31,125 nt of DNA from Fimbriimonadales bacterium (GTDB lineage: Bacteria > Armatimonadota > Fimbriimonadia > Fimbriimonadales > ATM1), in the NCBI GenBank assembly GCA_051003155.1, contig JBPCLO010000047.1, positions 1 through 31,125 of the forward strand, read 5' to 3'. Shown piece by piece: positions 29,108-31,125 of this stretch. Both the position numbers and the translations under genes were made by a program. The notes beneath the pieces were generated by a model, which was given only the letters and a program-made list of their open reading frames with translations, did not search any database and had not been told where the DNA came from. How positions within the stretch are numbered: position 1 is the stretch's first letter; every line of letters starts with the position of its first letter.

Positions 29108-29683
29108 TTAGCTTGGAACCTGACCGGATTCAAGCACTTCAGCGGCAACCGCAGCAGTATGGCGGTTCGAGTTTCGCGCGGCGAAGTGTATCTTTTTGAA
29201 AGCTTCTTGCTCGGTCAGGCCGAACTGCTCCATGAGCAGTCCCTTTGCGCGTTCGATCGTCTTGCGGTCGTCGAGGTCCTTCTTGGCCCTTTCGAGCAGG
29301 TACTGTGCATTCTGGTACTGATTGAACCGCGCTGCCGACAAGGTCATCGCAGGCGCCAGGTCCTCTGTCCTAAATGGCTTGACCAGGTAATAGAACGCCC
29401 CGGTCTCCCCAGCTCTCGCAACCGTGTCCTCTTCGACATACGCGGTAAGGAAGATCACCGGGCACGGATTGTCATGCAGTATCTTGTGTGCTGCGTCGAT
29501 GCCGTCCATGATGGGCATTCGCACGTCGAGGATCGCCATGTTTGGGGCATGCTGGGCGGCCAAGCGCACAGCCTCTTCACCGTTCCGGGCCTCCGCAACC
29601 ACGTTATGGCCGAGCCTCTCCAACTGAGCGCGCAATAGTTCGCGCACATCATCGTCGTCGTCCGCAATTAACAAGCGGTACAT
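29108..29683 (-). CDS. ANTAR-domain response regulator (PdtaR/NasT/EutV-like)
   Basis: Receiver (LIADDD, LDVRMP, FLTA, LVKP) plus [12 protein letters not shown]...TEQEAF ANTAR motif; RBS upstream of ATG 29683. Confidence 0.93.
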   Translation of the reverse strand: MYRLLIADDDDDVRELLRAQLERLGHNVVAEARNGEEAVRLAAQHAPNMAILDVRMPIMDGIDAAHKILHDNPCPVIFLTAYVEEDTVARAGETGAFYYLVKPFRTEDLAPAMTLSAARFNQYQNAQYLLERAKKDLDDRKTIERAKGLLMEQFGLTEQEAFKKIHFAARNSNRHTAAVAAEVLESGQVPS

Positions 29684-29752
29684 TTCATCCTTCCCAGACC
29701 TTTGATATACGCCAAACACTTGCCCAGGTAAACTTGTGAGCAGGCCAGCAAA

Positions 29753-30931
29753 ATGAAAGAAGTCGTATTTTTATCGGGCGCGCGCACCCCGATCGGGAGT
29801 TTCATGGGCTCATTGTCGTCACGAACCGCACCGCAGTTGGGCGCAGCTGCGATTAGGGCCGCGCTCGACCGAGCGGGTCTGAAGCCGAATCAAGTGGACG
29901 AGGTCTTGATGGGCAATGTTCTATCTGGTGGCATCGGCCAAGCTCCTGCGCGCCAAGCCAGCCGGTTTGCGGGCATCCCCGACAGTGTACCTTGCACCAC
30001 GGTTAACAAAGTCTGCGGCAGTGGCATGAAGACGATTATGATGGCCGCCCAGGCGATAAAATGCGGCGATGCCGGGGTAGTGGTCGCAGGCGGCATGGAG
30101 AGCATGAGCAACACCCCTTATGCGCTGCCCAAAGCTCGAACCGGATACCGAATGGGACACGGCGAACTCGTCGATCTGATGATCCACGACGGCCTCTGGG
30201 ACCCGTATGACGATATGCATATGGGCAACGCCGGTGAGCTCTGCGCGCGGGAGTGCGGCTTACCGAGGGAAAAGCAGGACGAATTCGCAGCGCGATCTTA
30301 TACGCGCGCTCTTGCTGCCCAAGAGAAGTGCCTGTTCGCCGAAGAGATCGTTCCCGTGGAGATTCCTCAGCGAAAGGGCGACCCGATGGTCGTCGACAAG
30401 GACGAGGAGCCTGGAAAGGGCAACGTCGCGAAGCTTTCTGAACTGCGCCCTGCCTTCGAGAAAGAAGGAACCGTGACAGCCGGCAACGCTTCGTCGATCA
30501 ACGACGGCGGCGCCGCGATGGTCGTGGCTTCAGCGGAGAAAGCCGCCTCTCTGGGCCTGAAACCGATCGCGCGGCTCGTCGCCTATGCTCAGCACGCGCA
30601 AGAGCCGAAGTGGTTCACGACGGCGCCCGCCTTCGCGATTCAGAAGCTTCTTGAACTATCCGGCAAAACCGTTGCCGACATCGACCTTTTCGAAGTTAAC
30701 GAGGCTTTCGCTGTGGTGGCCCTTGCGGTGAGTGATAAGGTCGGTATCCCGCGGGAGAAGCTGAATGTCAACGGGGGCGCCGTGGCACTTGGCCACCCGA
30801 TCGGTATGAGTGGCACCCGGCTCGTGATAACGCTGATCAACGAACTCCGCCGACGAGGCGCGCAGTTCGGGGTAGCGACGCCATGCATCGGCGGGGGTGA
30901 GGCGACTGCCGTTTTAGTCGAAGTACTGTAA
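29753..30931 (+). CDS. atoB: Acetyl-CoA C-acetyltransferase (thiolase)
   Basis: [37 protein letters not shown]. Confidence 0.96.
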   Translation: MKEVVFLSGARTPIGSFMGSLSSRTAPQLGAAAIRAALDRAGLKPNQVDEVLMGNVLSGGIGQAPARQASRFAGIPDSVPCTTVNKVCGSGMKTIMMAAQAIKCGDAGVVVAGGMESMSNTPYALPKARTGYRMGHGELVDLMIHDGLWDPYDDMHMGNAGELCARECGLPREKQDEFAARSYTRALAAQEKCLFAEEIVPVEIPQRKGDPMVVDKDEEPGKGNVAKLSELRPAFEKEGTVTAGNASSINDGGAAMVVASAEKAASLGLKPIARLVAYAQHAQEPKWFTTAPAFAIQKLLELSGKTVADIDLFEVNEAFAVVALAVSDKVGIPREKLNVNGGAVALGHPIGMSGTRLVITLINELRRRGAQFGVATPCIGGGEATAVLVEVL

Positions 30932-30998
30932 GCTTGTCCGGATGGTTAGGTTAGGACCTATGGGCCCACCCATGGGTGAACCAGCCTGCCGCCAACGA

Positions 30999-31125
30999 AT
31001 TAGCGATCGATGCGCCAAGATAGATAGTCCAAACGCGCCCACGCTCCATTTACTAGAGGGCCTGTGATGAATGCGTTCGCCTCGTGGCGAACCGTTTCCC
31101 GGTAACCAATCCTGGCCCGGACCTT
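30999..31125. repeat. Right copy of 127-bp perfect terminal inverted repeat
   Basis: Exact reverse complement of 1-127. Confidence 0.97.

Overview
31.1-kb bacterial chromosomal fragment, probably a whole assembled contig. The PEP-CTERM-type proteins and gene style suggest Armatimonadota/Fimbriimonadaceae, but that is inference only. The first 127 bp are the exact reverse complement of the last 127 bp. The left ~8.4 kb is an accessory patch of co-oriented unrelated genes: a broken repeat-protein gene, a serine hydrolase, a membrane-anchored FAD oxidoreductase with an internal Tat motif, a WD40 protein and an AA5-like copper radical oxidase. These are separated by a small family of structured intergenic repeats. 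The middle is mostly housekeeping: leuB, mgtE, a natAB-like ABC exporter, guaA, frameshifted hpt, rho, DUF151, a response regulator and a promoter with two DnaA boxes. The best candidate for an uncharacterised system is a compact minus-strand operon at 22071-27121: ECF sigma factor, soluble HxxxCxxC putative anti-sigma, TPR-CHAT caspase-like protease with intact His/Cys dyad, and an exported S8 subtilase. It resembles a CRISPR-free, protease-controlled sigma switch. The right end holds tkt, an ANTAR response regulator and a thiolase. No CRISPR array, tRNA, rRNA or transposase was recognised.
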